A DNA stretch of 64,000 bases from Candidatus Borrarchaeum weybense (lineage in GTDB: Archaea; Asgardarchaeota; Sifarchaeia; Borrarchaeales; Borrarchaeaceae), in contig JAHQJS010000007.1 in the NCBI GenBank assembly GCA_019057385.1, positions 416,001 to 480,000 of the forward strand. The letters are read 5' to 3'. Within the stretch, counting starts at the first letter, position 1. Every line of letters starts with the position of its first letter. Shown piece by piece: positions 27,459 to 38,120 of the stretch. A program made the position numbers and the translations under genes. The notes under the pieces are model-generated. The model did no database searches. It saw only the letters and a list, made by a program, of their open reading frames with translations, and was not told the origin of the DNA.

Positions 27459-30400
27459 TCATTCTTCGAAGCTGTATGTTCTTATTTTTACTACAACGAA
27501 CTCTCCTTTGTCTTTTGAAAAGATGCCGTTGAGATAATTCTTATCAACTAGAATTTGAATTATACTCTCTGCTTCCTCTGCTGAAGTTCCGAATTCTGCA
27601 GCGATATCACTAAACTTAACTCGTTTCTTGTCTTCTTCGCCTATATAATCTAAGATCTGATAATCTAGTTGGTCTTTAATCAAATTGTTTTCATTGAGTT
27701 CTATTTTACAGTTAGGACAACGTTCATTTGCTCGAACGTACCCTAAATAGAGATCTTTATGGCCATACACCTTGCAATAGGGACATCTGATATATTCCTC
27801 ACCAGACTGGATGTCGAGCCCACAAATGACGCATTTCACTCTCTTTTGACCACAATTTGGACACTCGTCAGCTTCTTCGGGAATAACAAAACCGCATTTC
27901 ACACATAATGTTTGTCTCTCATACATTTTCGCCTCAGCTTCTCTTGATCGAAGATATTCAATCGGTAAAATATCTTTATAATCTTTAGCAAGTGTCGAAA
28001 ACACTATTGACGCATCAGCATATTTGCCTGCTTCCATTGACTCATCTGCAGTAAGTAATGAAGTAATTGCAGTTAAATATCTTTCTGCTACGTTTTGTTT
28101 TTCCCTATCTTTTGCCTTTGTGAAAAGCGTAACAGCTTTACGAACATTGTTCAAGGCTTCTTTGAAGTTCTTTTTCATTAACAATTCGACAGCATAATCA
28201 AAATACATTTTACCAGCTGTTTCATATGTTTCGGCAAGTCTATAGGCCCTTTCTGCAAGAACATAAGATTTTAGACGTCGATATTTTTCCCCTAAGTTGA
28301 ACCATAGTTCAATAGCTTTTTCCAAACTTATTTTTTCTTCAACTAGTTTGGCAAGGTCGATATACATAGACTCTGCAACAAGACATGTTTCAGCAGCCTC
28401 TTCTATTTTACCTACTTTAATAAAGTCTCGTACTGCAGTCTCATAATCTCTTCCTTCTCTAGCCCCTACGGCACTCTTGTATCTTCGTCTCTTACGTGAA
28501 TACACAAGAGCTGCTAAGCCAATAACGGCAAGTAATCCACCCATTCCAACCATTATTTCCATATCTGGAAGGGCTGGCTGTATAGTTACCACAAAACTTT
28601 TTGTTGCACTTACATAATCGTTTTTCTCAGCAGTTAGAATGCACAAGTACGTCGCTGTAGCAATGCTACTAGTATCAATATCTGCTGTATAAAGCCCTCC
28701 ACCAAGTTCGTCAAATGTAATCCAGGTTCTATTGCCAATATTCAATACAACATTAGCGCCTTCAACGCCTTTTTCGAATTCATCTGTTACATTCACCGAA
28801 ATCGTCATTATTGTACCCTGTCTGAAAGTATTGCTAGCCAATGAATGTAATAGGTATAAACGGTGTGAAGGAGTCGTATCACCATCACCGCCACCACCGC
28901 TGCTTCCACCGCCATCACTACTTCCACCATCTCCACCGCCACGGTCACCACCACCACCACCGGACTCGGTCACAGTGTAAGTGTAAGCTGAACTGGTATT
29001 ACTATTTCCTGCACTATCGAAAACTTGGAAGAAGTAAACTACAACAGTTCCCGCAGATTGGGCGGGGATCGTTCCGCTATATGAATTACCGTATTGCATA
29101 AGAATTGAGGGCCTTGGTGAGCCGTTTACTGTATAATTTAAGTATACATTTAAGACGGGCGGATCTACGAATGGTAAATCATCAGGGTTAGGTATTGTGA
29201 TAGTAACGTCATCATTATCATCAGGATTCGCAACTGATTGTTGTGGAACAAAAGGATCTGGAAGTTCAGGAGGAATATCATCGACTATCAGAGTATTCCC
29301 GTTTTCAGTTTCTCCCGAAATTTCGAGGTTATCAAAGGCAATTATATCAATGAAATATATCTCTGATGATCTACCTGTAGAATCCCAAGTATTGGTATAG
29401 ATGTCATCTCCAGATGTGGCATCACTGTGCGTCCCGTCATCATATAACCGTATTATAGCAATATCTATTTCATTTGGGAATTGAATATAAGCAGTTACGT
29501 TTTTGACACCTGAAGGAAAGTCTATAACATATGCGGTTATGAGAAACTCTGTGCCTGAAGTACCTGCAGAAGGATTAGTTTGAACATTAGAAACTACAGG
29601 AGGATCATCGTCAATTATAAATGTTGCTACGTTCTCTGTTTCTCCTTGGTTCTCAACATTATCAAAAGCGATGATATCTATATAATATTCTCCCGAAAGT
29701 TGCCCAAATGAGTCCCAGGTACCTCCATAGGTACCATCTCCAGCTATCCCATCATTATGATTCCCATCGTCATAAAGACGCACACTATCTATTGTAGTTT
29801 CATCCGGTAGTTGGATATAAGCAGTTACGTTCTTGATTCCAGAGTCACCATCAAAAACATCAGCAGTAATATTGAAAAGTGTGCCAGATTTTTCTGCAGT
29901 TGGATCAACTAAGGCATTGGAAATAGTTGGTGCTGTATTGTCTATTAAGAAAATATCACCGTTTTCTTCTTCCCATTGGTTATTTGCATTGTCAAAGGCA
30001 ATTATATCAACGAAATATGTTCCTTCAGGTTGTCCAGAGGAGTCCCAATTGTTTCCATAGGTGCCATCTCCGGCGGCTCCATCATTATGGTTTCCATCAT
30101 CGAATAACTGTAAGATAACAATATTAATCTCATTTGGATGTTGAATGTATGCTGTTACGTTCTTGACACCCGAGAGTGTGTCTGTTACAAAAGCAGTTAC
30201 ATTAAAAGTAGTTCCTGAAGTTCCAATATTTGGATTTACCACAACATTGATTGAGGGAATTACTGGAGGTGTATCATCAACAATCAGAGTTTCTGCATTT
30301 TCAATTTCACCTTGATTGTTATCATTATCAGTTGCGACTATATCGATATAATACAATCCTTCTGATTCACCAGCAGAATTCCAGCTGTTTCCGTAGATAT

Positions 30401-33400
30401 CATCTCCTGCCAGTCCATCATTATGATTACCATCATCATATAACTGTAATATTGCAATATTTGTTTCATCTGGCAGCTGAATGTAGGCGAAAACATCTCT
30501 GACACCAGAAACGTCGGTAACAGTGGCAGTTATATTGAAAAGTGTTCCAGATTGTCCTATAGCAGGAATTACTTGTATGTTAGTTACACTTGGAGGATTG
30601 TTTATTATGAAAATATCCCCATCTTCTACTGATCTTTGATTTTCTACATTATCGAAAGCAATTATATCAACGAAATATGTTCCTTCAGGTTGTCCAGAGG
30701 AGTCCCAATTGTTTCCATAGGTGCCATCTCCGGCGGCTCCATCATTATGGTTTCCATCATCAAATAACTGTAAGATAACAATATTAATCTCATTTGGACG
30801 TTGAATATAAGCTGTCACATTTTTTACTCCTGATTGCACATCTGTTACAATTGCAGTTATTACAAAAATAGTTCCAGTTTCTCCCTGTGACGGCGTTACT
30901 TGGATATTTTGCGATAATGCTTCAGGAGGAGTCTTATCGATGCCAAAGAATCTAGCATTTGTTCCTGAAAGCTGAATTTCGTTTCCGAGTGAATCATTTG
31001 CGAAAATTTCTACCCTATAATAATTGACAATTGAACGCCACCCTGAAGTGTCTATATTAAGAGTATAATCAGGACCAAGCAGAGTTTGATTATTATATGC
31101 AGGGACATAAACACTTGAAGAGATATTATAAATTCTAAACCAAACCGTATCAACAACATTCTGCAAATCAGTTGCGTCCACATCAATAACGACCTGATCG
31201 ATCCACCAGGTATCATTGGCAAAATTATTCGTGTCCCAGGTTAAAACAGGTGGCGCATTATCAACTCTAAAGAATCGGGCATCGATCCCTGCTAGTTGCA
31301 TTTCATTACCGGCAGAATCGTTCGCAAAAACTTCTACTCTGTAGTAGGTAGAAGCAGAATTCCACCAAGAGGTGTCTATTGTAGTATTAAAATGAGGACC
31401 TAACAAACTAGCGTTATTGTGGCCTGGAACGTATTCACTAGCAGAGATATTGAAAATTCTATACCAGACTGTGTTCAATTGTAATAAATCGATTGCATCC
31501 ACATCGATAACGACTTCACCATTCCACCAGGTATCATTTGCAAAATTTTCAGTATCCCAATTTAGAGTAGGCAGATCAAGATCAATTCTAAAGAATCGTG
31601 CATCGATTCCGATCAGTTGCGTTTCATAACCTGAGGTATCGTTAGCAAAGACCTCTACTCTGTAATATATATCTGCAGAATGCCAGCTGGAAGTATCGAT
31701 AGTTGTATTGAAATCAGGACTTGAAAGGCTGGCATTATTGTGTCCGGGAACATAGTCACTTGAGGAAACATTATAGATTCGATACCAAACGAATTCGACA
31801 GTTTGTTCCAAATCTACTGCATCTACATCAATGACAACCTGACTATTCTGCCAAGTATCATTAACAAAATTATTGGTGTCCCAATTCAGGGTAGGTGGAT
31901 TTCGATCTATTCCAAAGAACCTAGCTTCCGTTCCAGTTAGTTGTGCTTCATTTCCTATTGTATCATTAGCAAAAACTTCTACTCGATAGTAGATATTTGC
32001 AGAGTGCCACGTAGATGTGTCAAGATTTAGACTATAATCAGGGCCAGTTAATGTTTGATTATTATGTGCGGCAAGATATTCACTCGAAGTGAAATTATAG
32101 ATCCGATACCATACAGAATGAACCGTTTGTTCAGAATCAAATGCGTCTATATCAATAACGACTTGATCGGTCCACCAGGTATCATTGGCAAAGTTACCTA
32201 CATCCCAATCCAATGAGGGCGCCACATTATCAATCCTATAGAACCGAGCATCGTTTCCAAGTAATTGTGCTTCATTACCAGCTGTATCATTTGCAAAAAC
32301 TTCTACTTTATAATAGATGTCAGCAGAATGCCACCCTGAGGTATCGATATCAATAGTGTAATCAGGGCCTGTTAGCGTTTGATTATTGTGATTAGGAACA
32401 TAGTCACTTGAGGACACATTGTAGATTCGATACCATATTGTGTGAATACTAGATTCTGAGTCGAAAGCACCCACGTCGATTGTAACCGGGTCAATCCACC
32501 AGGTATCGTTAGCAAAATTGTTGGTATCCCAATTAAGCGTAGGCGGATCTCGATCGATACCAAAGAACCGTGCATTGATCCCGATCAGTTGTGCTTCATT
32601 TCCTAATGTATCATTGGCGAAGATTTCTACTATGTAATAGATGTCAGCAGAATGCCACCCTGAGGTATCAATAATAGTCGTGTAATCAGGGCCTGTTAGG
32701 GTTTGATTATTGTGATTTGGAACATAGTCACTTGAGGACACATTGTAGATTCGATACCAGACTGTGTCGACTAATTGTAGAGAATCAATGGCAGCTACAT
32801 CGATTGTGACTTGATCTATCCACCAGGAATCATTAGCAAAATTATTGGTATCCCAATTTAATGTAGGAGGTGCATTATCAACCCTAAAGAATCGAGCATC
32901 ATTTCCGATAAGTTGGGCTTCATTACCAGCAGTATCATTAGCAAAGACTTCTACACTATAATAGATGTCAGCAGAACGCCATCCAGAGGTATCGATATCA
33001 ATACTGAAATCAGGACCTGTTAGAGTTTGATTATTGTGATTGGGAACATAGTCACTTGAGGAAACATTGTAGATTCGATACCAAACCGTACTTAATTCTA
33101 ATAAATCAGAGACGTCCACATCGATTGTGACTTGATCGGTCCACCAGGTATCATTAATAAAATTATTCGTGTCCCAAACAAGGCTTGGAGGGTCTTGATC
33201 GATTCTAAAGAAACGTGCAGCAAGCCCTATCAACTGTGCCTCATTGCCTAACGTATCGTTGGCAAAAACTTCAACCCTATAATAGATGTCAGCAGAATGC
33301 CACCCAGACGTATCAATATCAATAGTGAAATCAGGGCCTACTAGGGTTTGATTATTATAGTTAGGAACATAGTCACTTGAGGACACATTATAGATTCGAT

Positions 33401-36400
33401 ACCAGACTGTGTCGACTGATTGTAGAGACTCAATGGCAGCTACATCAATTGTGACTTGATCAATCCACCAGGTATCGTTAACAAAATTATTTGTATCCCA
33501 AACAAGGTTTGGAGGGTCTTGATCGATTCTGAAGAAACGTGCATCTAAGCCGATTAATTGCGCTTCATTACCTAATGTGTCATTTGCAAATATTTCTACT
33601 CTATAATAGATGGCAGCGGAACGCCATCCAGAGGTATCGATATCAATAGTGAAATCAGGGCCTGTTAGGGTTTGATTATTATAGTTAGGAACATAGTCAC
33701 TTGAGGAAACATTATAGATTCGATACCAGACTGTGTCGACTGATTGTAGAGACTCAATGGCAGCTATATCAATTGTGACTTGATCGGTCCACCAGGTATC
33801 ATTAGCAAAGTTGTTGGTATCCCATGTTAATAGAGGTGGAGTATTATCTACCCTAAAGAATCGAGCATCATTTCCGATAAGTTGAACTTCATTACCAGCC
33901 GTATCATTTGCAAAAACTTCAACCCTATAATAGATATCAGCTGAATGCCACCCTGAGGTGTCAATAATGGTTGTGAACTCAGGTCCAGAGAGAGTTTGAT
34001 TATTGTGATTAGGAACATAGTCGCTTGAGGAAACATTGTAGATTCGATACCAGACGGTATGAATAAGATGTTCAGAATCGGTTGCATCTACATCAATGGT
34101 TACTTGATCGATCCACCAGGTATCATTAACAAAATTATTGGTGTCCCAATTCAAAGTAGGTGGATCTCGATCAACTCCAAAGAATCGTGCATCTAATCCA
34201 ACCAATTGTGCTTCATTGCCTAATGTATCGTTGGCAAAAACGTCTACTCTATAATAGATGTCAGCAGAATGCCATCCAGAGATGTCAATGATAGTAGTAT
34301 AGCCAGGGCCTAGCAAAGTCTCGTTATTTTGTCCTAGAACGTACTCACTAGCAGAAACATTATAGATTCTATACCAGACTGTGTCAACTGTGTTTACTAA
34401 ATCAGAAACGTCAACATCGATTGTGACTTGATCGATCCACCAAGTATCATTAACAAAATTATTTGTATCCCAAACAAGGTTTGGAGGCTCATGATCGATC
34501 CTAAAGAAGCGTGCATTAGCATCTGTTAACTGAACTTCATTTCCAGCCGTATCGTTAGCAAAAACTTCAACCCTATAATAGATATCTACGGAATGCCATC
34601 CAGAGATATCAATAACAGTTGTAAACTCAGGGCTCAACAAACTTACATTATTGTGACCCTGAACAAATTGACTTGAAGAAACATTATAGATTCGATACCA
34701 CACTGTACTTAATTGTAGCAAATCAGCTGCATCCACATCTATTACAACTTGGTCGATCCACCATGTATCATTTGCAAAATTGTTAGTGTCCCAGTTTAAT
34801 GTAGGAGGCGTATTATCAACTCTAAAGAATCGAGCGTCTGCGCCTAATAATTGCGCCTCATTGCCTAATGAATCGTTTGCAAAGATTTCTACTATGTAAT
34901 AAATGTCTGCAGAATACCAGCTCGATATATCAACATTCAGAGTGTAATCAGGGCCAGATAGAGTTTGATTATTGTGGCCAGGAACATAGTCACTCGAAGA
35001 GACATTGTAGATTCTATACCAGACTGTGTCGACTAATTGCACAGAATCAATGGCATCCACATCAATAACAACCTGATTTGTCTGCCATGTATCATTTTCA
35101 AAGTTGTTCGTATCCCAACTCAAAATAGGGGGCGAATTATCAACTCTATAGAATCGGGCATCGAATCCGATCAGTTGGGCTTCATTTCCTAATGTATCGT
35201 TGGCAAAAACTTCAACCCTGTAATAGATGTCAGCAGAATGCCACCCTGAAGTATCTATAATTGTCGAATAATCAGGACCTACCAGGGTCTGATTATTATA
35301 CACGGGAATATACTGGCTTGAGGAAACATTGTAGATTCTATACCAAACCTTGTGTACGGTATTTTCTGAGTCAGAGACATCCACATCTATTGTAACCTGG
35401 TCGGTCCACCAGGTATCATTAGCAAAGTTGTTCGTATCCCAATCTAATATAGGTGCCGCATTATCAACTCTAAAGAATCGAGCATCAATTCCAATTAATT
35501 GGGCTTCATTACCAGCGGTATCGTTGGCAAAAACTTCTACTCGGTAATATACATCTGCAGAATGCCAGCCTGATATATCAACATTAAGAGTGAAATCAGG
35601 GCCTATCAAAGTCTGATTATTGTGACCCAACACGTAGTTACTTGAGGATACATTGTAGATTCGATACCAAACTGTATGAACATCATGTTGTGAATCAGAC
35701 GCGTCTATATCGATAGTAACTTGATCGTTCCACCAGGTATCATTAACAAAATTATTGGTGTCCCAATTCAAAGTAGGTGGATCTCGATCAACTCCAAAGA
35801 ATCGTGCATCTAATCCAACCAATTGTGCTTCATTGCCTAATGTATCGTTGGCAAAAACGTCTACTCTATAATAGATGTCAGCAGAATGCCATCCAGAGAT
35901 GTCAATGATAGTAGTATAGCCAGGGCCTAGCAAAGTCTCGTTATTTTGTCCTAGAACGTACTCACTAGCAGAAACATTATAGATTCTATACCAGACTGTG
36001 TCTATTGTTTGTTCCGAATCAAGTGCATCTACATCAATAACGACTTGATCAGTCCACCAGGTATCGTTGACAAAATTGCCTACGTCCCAATTTAATGAGG
36101 GTGCCGCATTATCAACTCTATAGAATCGGGCATCGAATCCGATCAGTTGGGCTTCATTTCCTAATGTATCGTTAGCAAAAACTTCGACCCTGTAATAGAT
36201 ATCTGCAGAATGCCACCCTGACGTATCTATTATCGCGGAATAATCAGGACCCACTAAAGTTTCATTGTTGTATCCTGAAACATACTCACTTGAGGAAACG
36301 TTGTAGATTCTATACCAAACTGTGTCTATTGATTGTTCCGAATCTGATGTGTCAATATCAATTATGACTTGATCGGTCCACCAAGTATCATTGGCGAAAT

Positions 36401-38120
36401 TATTGGTGTCCCAGTTCAAGACTGGTTGTTGATTGTCTACATACACGAAAACACTGGAGGAATTCGAAACAGGGGTTGTGTTTGTATTGTTTGCCCAGAT
36501 TGTGTAGTTATAGCAGTAACCATCTAAAAGCAGTGTTGTATCATCTGGTATGCTTATAGAATCGCTCTGCAAACCTCCAGTGAAATCAGCCTCCGCAATA
36601 ATTGTCCCATTCCTGTAGACGATATAATGATCCAAATCAAAAGGAGTTGTTGATGTAATATCCCAATCAAACGTTTGTATTCCTGAAATCCAACTAAGAT
36701 TTAATGGTGGCGAAATATAGTCAATGTTAACTGGATCAACAATAAAAGAATAATACAGACCAAAATTATCGTTTATTGCATGAGCTCCGAGCGTGGTATT
36801 ATAATAGAAATAATATTCGATAGTAGCTTTAGCTGCTTGCCCTGGAATTGTTCCAGTATAAATGAAATCTTCACAATAACTATTCATAACTATCGAATCG
36901 TTGTGAGTTGTCCAGTCTCCATTAATTGAATAGAAAAGAATAAGCGTATCAATTTCTAGGTCATTAGAAATCGTCGCATTAATTTGGACATCTTCATTTA
37001 GGATTGGTATTTTGGGAATTCTTTGTGTATCAGGATTATGACTAAAACTCGCTTGCAAAATATCTATAGAGAATAAGATGGCTTTTTCATCGTTTAAAGC
37101 ATATGTGATTCCTGAAGTGGTGTTTCCAAATGCCTCAATTCGATATAACGAACCTTCTTTCCAACTGCTTACATTTAGTTCAGTCGCATATGTAGGGCTA
37201 GCAAGAATCGTATTGTCTATTACGATCGATCCTTGTGCCCCTGATGTTTCGTTTATTACGCGATACCAAACCGTATCCATAACAGAATCAGGATCAATGC
37301 ACTCAATATCAACCCATACAGTACTATAATGGAATGAGTTGTTTAACGGCTCTGCCCACTCAAGTTCAATTCCTGTTTCATCATTTTCATCAGCTGGATT
37401 TGTTGTAGAAGATTGCGTATCTTGAGTATCTACTGAACTTTGAGAGATAGAAGATGAAACATCTAGAAGACCAGAATACAGAAGATAAGAATTATCTGAA
37501 TTTTTTATTTTTACATTTACATCGCACAAATCAGAGCGACCGAAAGTGTCTAACGTCTTCACTAGAATTGTTTGCTCACCGTCAGAAAGGCTTTTTGTAT
37601 TCCAGGTGAAAGTATATTTCCCGAAATAGTCGTCACCACCTTCTTGTTCCATCAAACTCCATGAAACGCCTTCGTCAAAACTAACCTTGACGTAGCAAAG
37701 CGGGTGTCTAGATTCTACTTCTGCTTCAATTTCTACGGTTCCAGAGACCGATTGGTTGTTTTGTGGATTGTACACATTTACTTGGGGGGGCATTCCGCTA
37801 ACAACAACAAAAATTGCCATTCCACTTAGAAGCAACACTAATGAAAGAGTTAAAATTCTAAGTTTTGTAAATCTCATTTTTTTCGTTTGTATTAGACGAA
37901 AACGTTGGAATGAATGATTAAATGAATGTAAAAAACCTATGACGACAAAGGGGGCAATAATCCAACAAGCTAATGAGAGAATTGGGAAATAAGTTAACAT
38001 TTTCATTATTGAAGGGCTTAAACTAAATGATGAAGGCAAAAGATAAATTAACAAATACTTTGTTAACCAATATGATCCCTTCTCTAAATGTGAGGGATCC
38101 ATCTGTAAAAGAGTTATCAA
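27459..38120 (-). CDS. 3553-aa giant surface protein: Ig-like domains, 17 tandem repeats, 5 choice-of-anchor-X-like domains, Gly linker, TM; cytoplasmic solenoid + Zn ribbon + RING-like + PCI/winged helix
   Basis: Repeats are visible directly. TM MVGMGGLLAVIGLAALVY is followed by RKRRR. Tail has CVKC..CPNC, CVIC..CPYC..H..CPNC and VKFSDIAAEF..VDKNYLNGIF. Alternative start ATG at 37877 (MRFTKLRILTLSLVLLLSG, signal-peptide-like). Confidence 0.85.
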   Translation of the reverse strand: MITLLQMDPSHLEKGSYWLTKYLLIYLLPSSFSLSPSIMKMLTYFPILSLACWIIAPFVVIGFLHSFNHSFQRFRLIQTKKMRFTKLRILTLSLVLLLSGMAIFVVVSGMPPQVNVYNPQNNQSVSGTVEIEAEVESRHPLCYVKVSFDEGVSWSLMEQEGGDDYFGKYTFTWNTKSLSDGEQTILVKTLDTFGRSDLCDVNVKIKNSDNSYLLYSGLLDVSSSISQSSVDTQDTQSSTTNPADENDETGIELEWAEPLNNSFHYSTVWVDIECIDPDSVMDTVWYRVINETSGAQGSIVIDNTILASPTYATELNVSSWKEGSLYRIEAFGNTTSGITYALNDEKAILFSIDILQASFSHNPDTQRIPKIPILNEDVQINATISNDLEIDTLILFYSINGDWTTHNDSIVMNSYCEDFIYTGTIPGQAAKATIEYYFYYNTTLGAHAINDNFGLYYSFIVDPVNIDYISPPLNLSWISGIQTFDWDITSTTPFDLDHYIVYRNGTIIAEADFTGGLQSDSISIPDDTTLLLDGYCYNYTIWANNTNTTPVSNSSSVFVYVDNQQPVLNWDTNNFANDTWWTDQVIIDIDTSDSEQSIDTVWYRIYNVSSSEYVSGYNNETLVGPDYSAIIDTSGWHSADIYYRVEVFANDTLGNEAQLIGFDARFYRVDNAAPSLNWDVGNFVNDTWWTDQVVIDVDALDSEQTIDTVWYRIYNVSASEYVLGQNNETLLGPGYTTIIDISGWHSADIYYRVDVFANDTLGNEAQLVGLDARFFGVDRDPPTLNWDTNNFVNDTWWNDQVTIDIDASDSQHDVHTVWYRIYNVSSSNYVLGHNNQTLIGPDFTLNVDISGWHSADVYYRVEVFANDTAGNEAQLIGIDARFFRVDNAAPILDWDTNNFANDTWWTDQVTIDVDVSDSENTVHKVWYRIYNVSSSQYIPVYNNQTLVGPDYSTIIDTSGWHSADIYYRVEVFANDTLGNEAQLIGFDARFYRVDNSPPILSWDTNNFENDTWQTNQVVIDVDAIDSVQLVDTVWYRIYNVSSSDYVPGHNNQTLSGPDYTLNVDISSWYSADIYYIVEIFANDSLGNEAQLLGADARFFRVDNTPPTLNWDTNNFANDTWWIDQVVIDVDAADLLQLSTVWYRIYNVSSSQFVQGHNNVSLLSPEFTTVIDISGWHSVDIYYRVEVFANDTAGNEVQLTDANARFFRIDHEPPNLVWDTNNFVNDTWWIDQVTIDVDVSDLVNTVDTVWYRIYNVSASEYVLGQNNETLLGPGYTTIIDISGWHSADIYYRVDVFANDTLGNEAQLVGLDARFFGVDRDPPTLNWDTNNFVNDTWWIDQVTIDVDATDSEHLIHTVWYRIYNVSSSDYVPNHNNQTLSGPEFTTIIDTSGWHSADIYYRVEVFANDTAGNEVQLIGNDARFFRVDNTPPLLTWDTNNFANDTWWTDQVTIDIAAIESLQSVDTVWYRIYNVSSSDYVPNYNNQTLTGPDFTIDIDTSGWRSAAIYYRVEIFANDTLGNEAQLIGLDARFFRIDQDPPNLVWDTNNFVNDTWWIDQVTIDVAAIESLQSVDTVWYRIYNVSSSDYVPNYNNQTLVGPDFTIDIDTSGWHSADIYYRVEVFANDTLGNEAQLIGLAARFFRIDQDPPSLVWDTNNFINDTWWTDQVTIDVDVSDLLELSTVWYRIYNVSSSDYVPNHNNQTLTGPDFSIDIDTSGWRSADIYYSVEVFANDTAGNEAQLIGNDARFFRVDNAPPTLNWDTNNFANDSWWIDQVTIDVAAIDSLQLVDTVWYRIYNVSSSDYVPNHNNQTLTGPDYTTIIDTSGWHSADIYYIVEIFANDTLGNEAQLIGINARFFGIDRDPPTLNWDTNNFANDTWWIDPVTIDVGAFDSESSIHTIWYRIYNVSSSDYVPNHNNQTLTGPDYTIDIDTSGWHSADIYYKVEVFANDTAGNEAQLLGNDARFYRIDNVAPSLDWDVGNFANDTWWTDQVVIDIDAFDSEQTVHSVWYRIYNFTSSEYLAAHNNQTLTGPDYSLNLDTSTWHSANIYYRVEVFANDTIGNEAQLTGTEARFFGIDRNPPTLNWDTNNFVNDTWQNSQVVIDVDAVDLEQTVEFVWYRIYNVSSSDYVPGHNNASLSSPDFNTTIDTSSWHSADIYYRVEVFANDTSGYETQLIGIDARFFRIDLDLPTLNWDTENFANDTWWNGEVVIDVDAIDLLQLNTVWYRIFNISASEYVPGHNNASLLGPHFNTTIDTSWWNSASTYYRVEVFANDSAGNEMQLAGIDARFFRVDNAPPVLTWDTNNFANDTWWIDQVVIDVDATDLQNVVDTVWFRIYNISSSVYVPAYNNQTLLGPDYTLNIDTSGWRSIVNYYRVEIFANDSLGNEIQLSGTNARFFGIDKTPPEALSQNIQVTPSQGETGTIFVITAIVTDVQSGVKNVTAYIQRPNEINIVILQLFDDGNHNDGAAGDGTYGNNWDSSGQPEGTYFVDIIAFDNVENQRSVEDGDIFIINNPPSVTNIQVIPAIGQSGTLFNITATVTDVSGVRDVFAYIQLPDETNIAILQLYDDGNHNDGLAGDDIYGNSWNSAGESEGLYYIDIVATDNDNNQGEIENAETLIVDDTPPVIPSINVVVNPNIGTSGTTFNVTAFVTDTLSGVKNVTAYIQHPNEINIVILQLFDDGNHNDGAAGDGTYGNNWDSSGQPEGTYFVDIIAFDNANNQWEEENGDIFLIDNTAPTISNALVDPTAEKSGTLFNITADVFDGDSGIKNVTAYIQLPDETTIDSVRLYDDGNHNDGIAGDGTYGGTWDSFGQLSGEYYIDIIAFDNVENQGETENVATFIIDDDPPVVSNVQTNPSAGTSGTEFLITAYVIDFPSGVKNVTAYIQFPNEIDIAIIRLYDDGTHSDATSGDDIYTNTWDSTGRSSEIYFIDIIAFDNLEISGETENGNTLIVDDIPPELPDPFVPQQSVANPDDNDDVTITIPNPDDLPFVDPPVLNVYLNYTVNGSPRPSILMQYGNSYSGTIPAQSAGTVVVYFFQVFDSAGNSNTSSAYTYTVTESGGGGGDRGGGDGGSSDGGGSSGGGGDGDTTPSHRLYLLHSLASNTFRQGTIMTISVNVTDEFEKGVEGANVVLNIGNRTWITFDELGGGLYTADIDTSSIATATYLCILTAEKNDYVSATKSFVVTIQPALPDMEIMVGMGGLLAVIGLAALVYSRKRRRYKSAVGAREGRDYETAVRDFIKVGKIEEAAETCLVAESMYIDLAKLVEEKISLEKAIELWFNLGEKYRRLKSYVLAERAYRLAETYETAGKMYFDYAVELLMKKNFKEALNNVRKAVTLFTKAKDREKQNVAERYLTAITSLLTADESMEAGKYADASIVFSTLAKDYKDILPIEYLRSREAEAKMYERQTLCVKCGFVIPEEADECPNCGQKRVKCVICGLDIQSGEEYIRCPYCKVYGHKDLYLGYVRANERCPNCKIELNENNLIKDQLDYQILDYIGEEDKKRVKFSDIAAEFGTSAEEAESIIQILVDKNYLNGIFSKDKGEFVVVKIRTYSFEE
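29280..30935 (-). repeat. Five ~110-aa choice-of-anchor-X-like repeats
   Basis: L(Y/F)DDG.H.D..(A/S)GD..Y...W.S occurs five times; units 1 and 3 share an identical DNA patch 660 bp apart. Confidence 0.8.
30940..36440 (-). repeat. 17 tandem ~324-bp (~108 aa) Ig-like coding repeats
   Basis: Unit D..PP.L.WDTNNF.NDTWW.DQV.ID....VWYRIYNVSSS.YV...NN.TL.GP......WHSADIYYRVEVFANDT.GNEAQL.G..ARFF, counted 17 times. Confidence 0.92.

Noticed and set aside
28841-29101. His-rich and Pro-rich plus-strand ORFs
   Set aside because: Antisense translations of the Gly-rich linker codons.
30940-36440. Regular repeats as a CRISPR array or a diversity-generating retroelement template/variable pair
   Set aside because: Units are ~324 bp, in frame and protein-coding. 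There are no spacers, no cas or reverse transcriptase gene, and no adenine-specific differences noticed.
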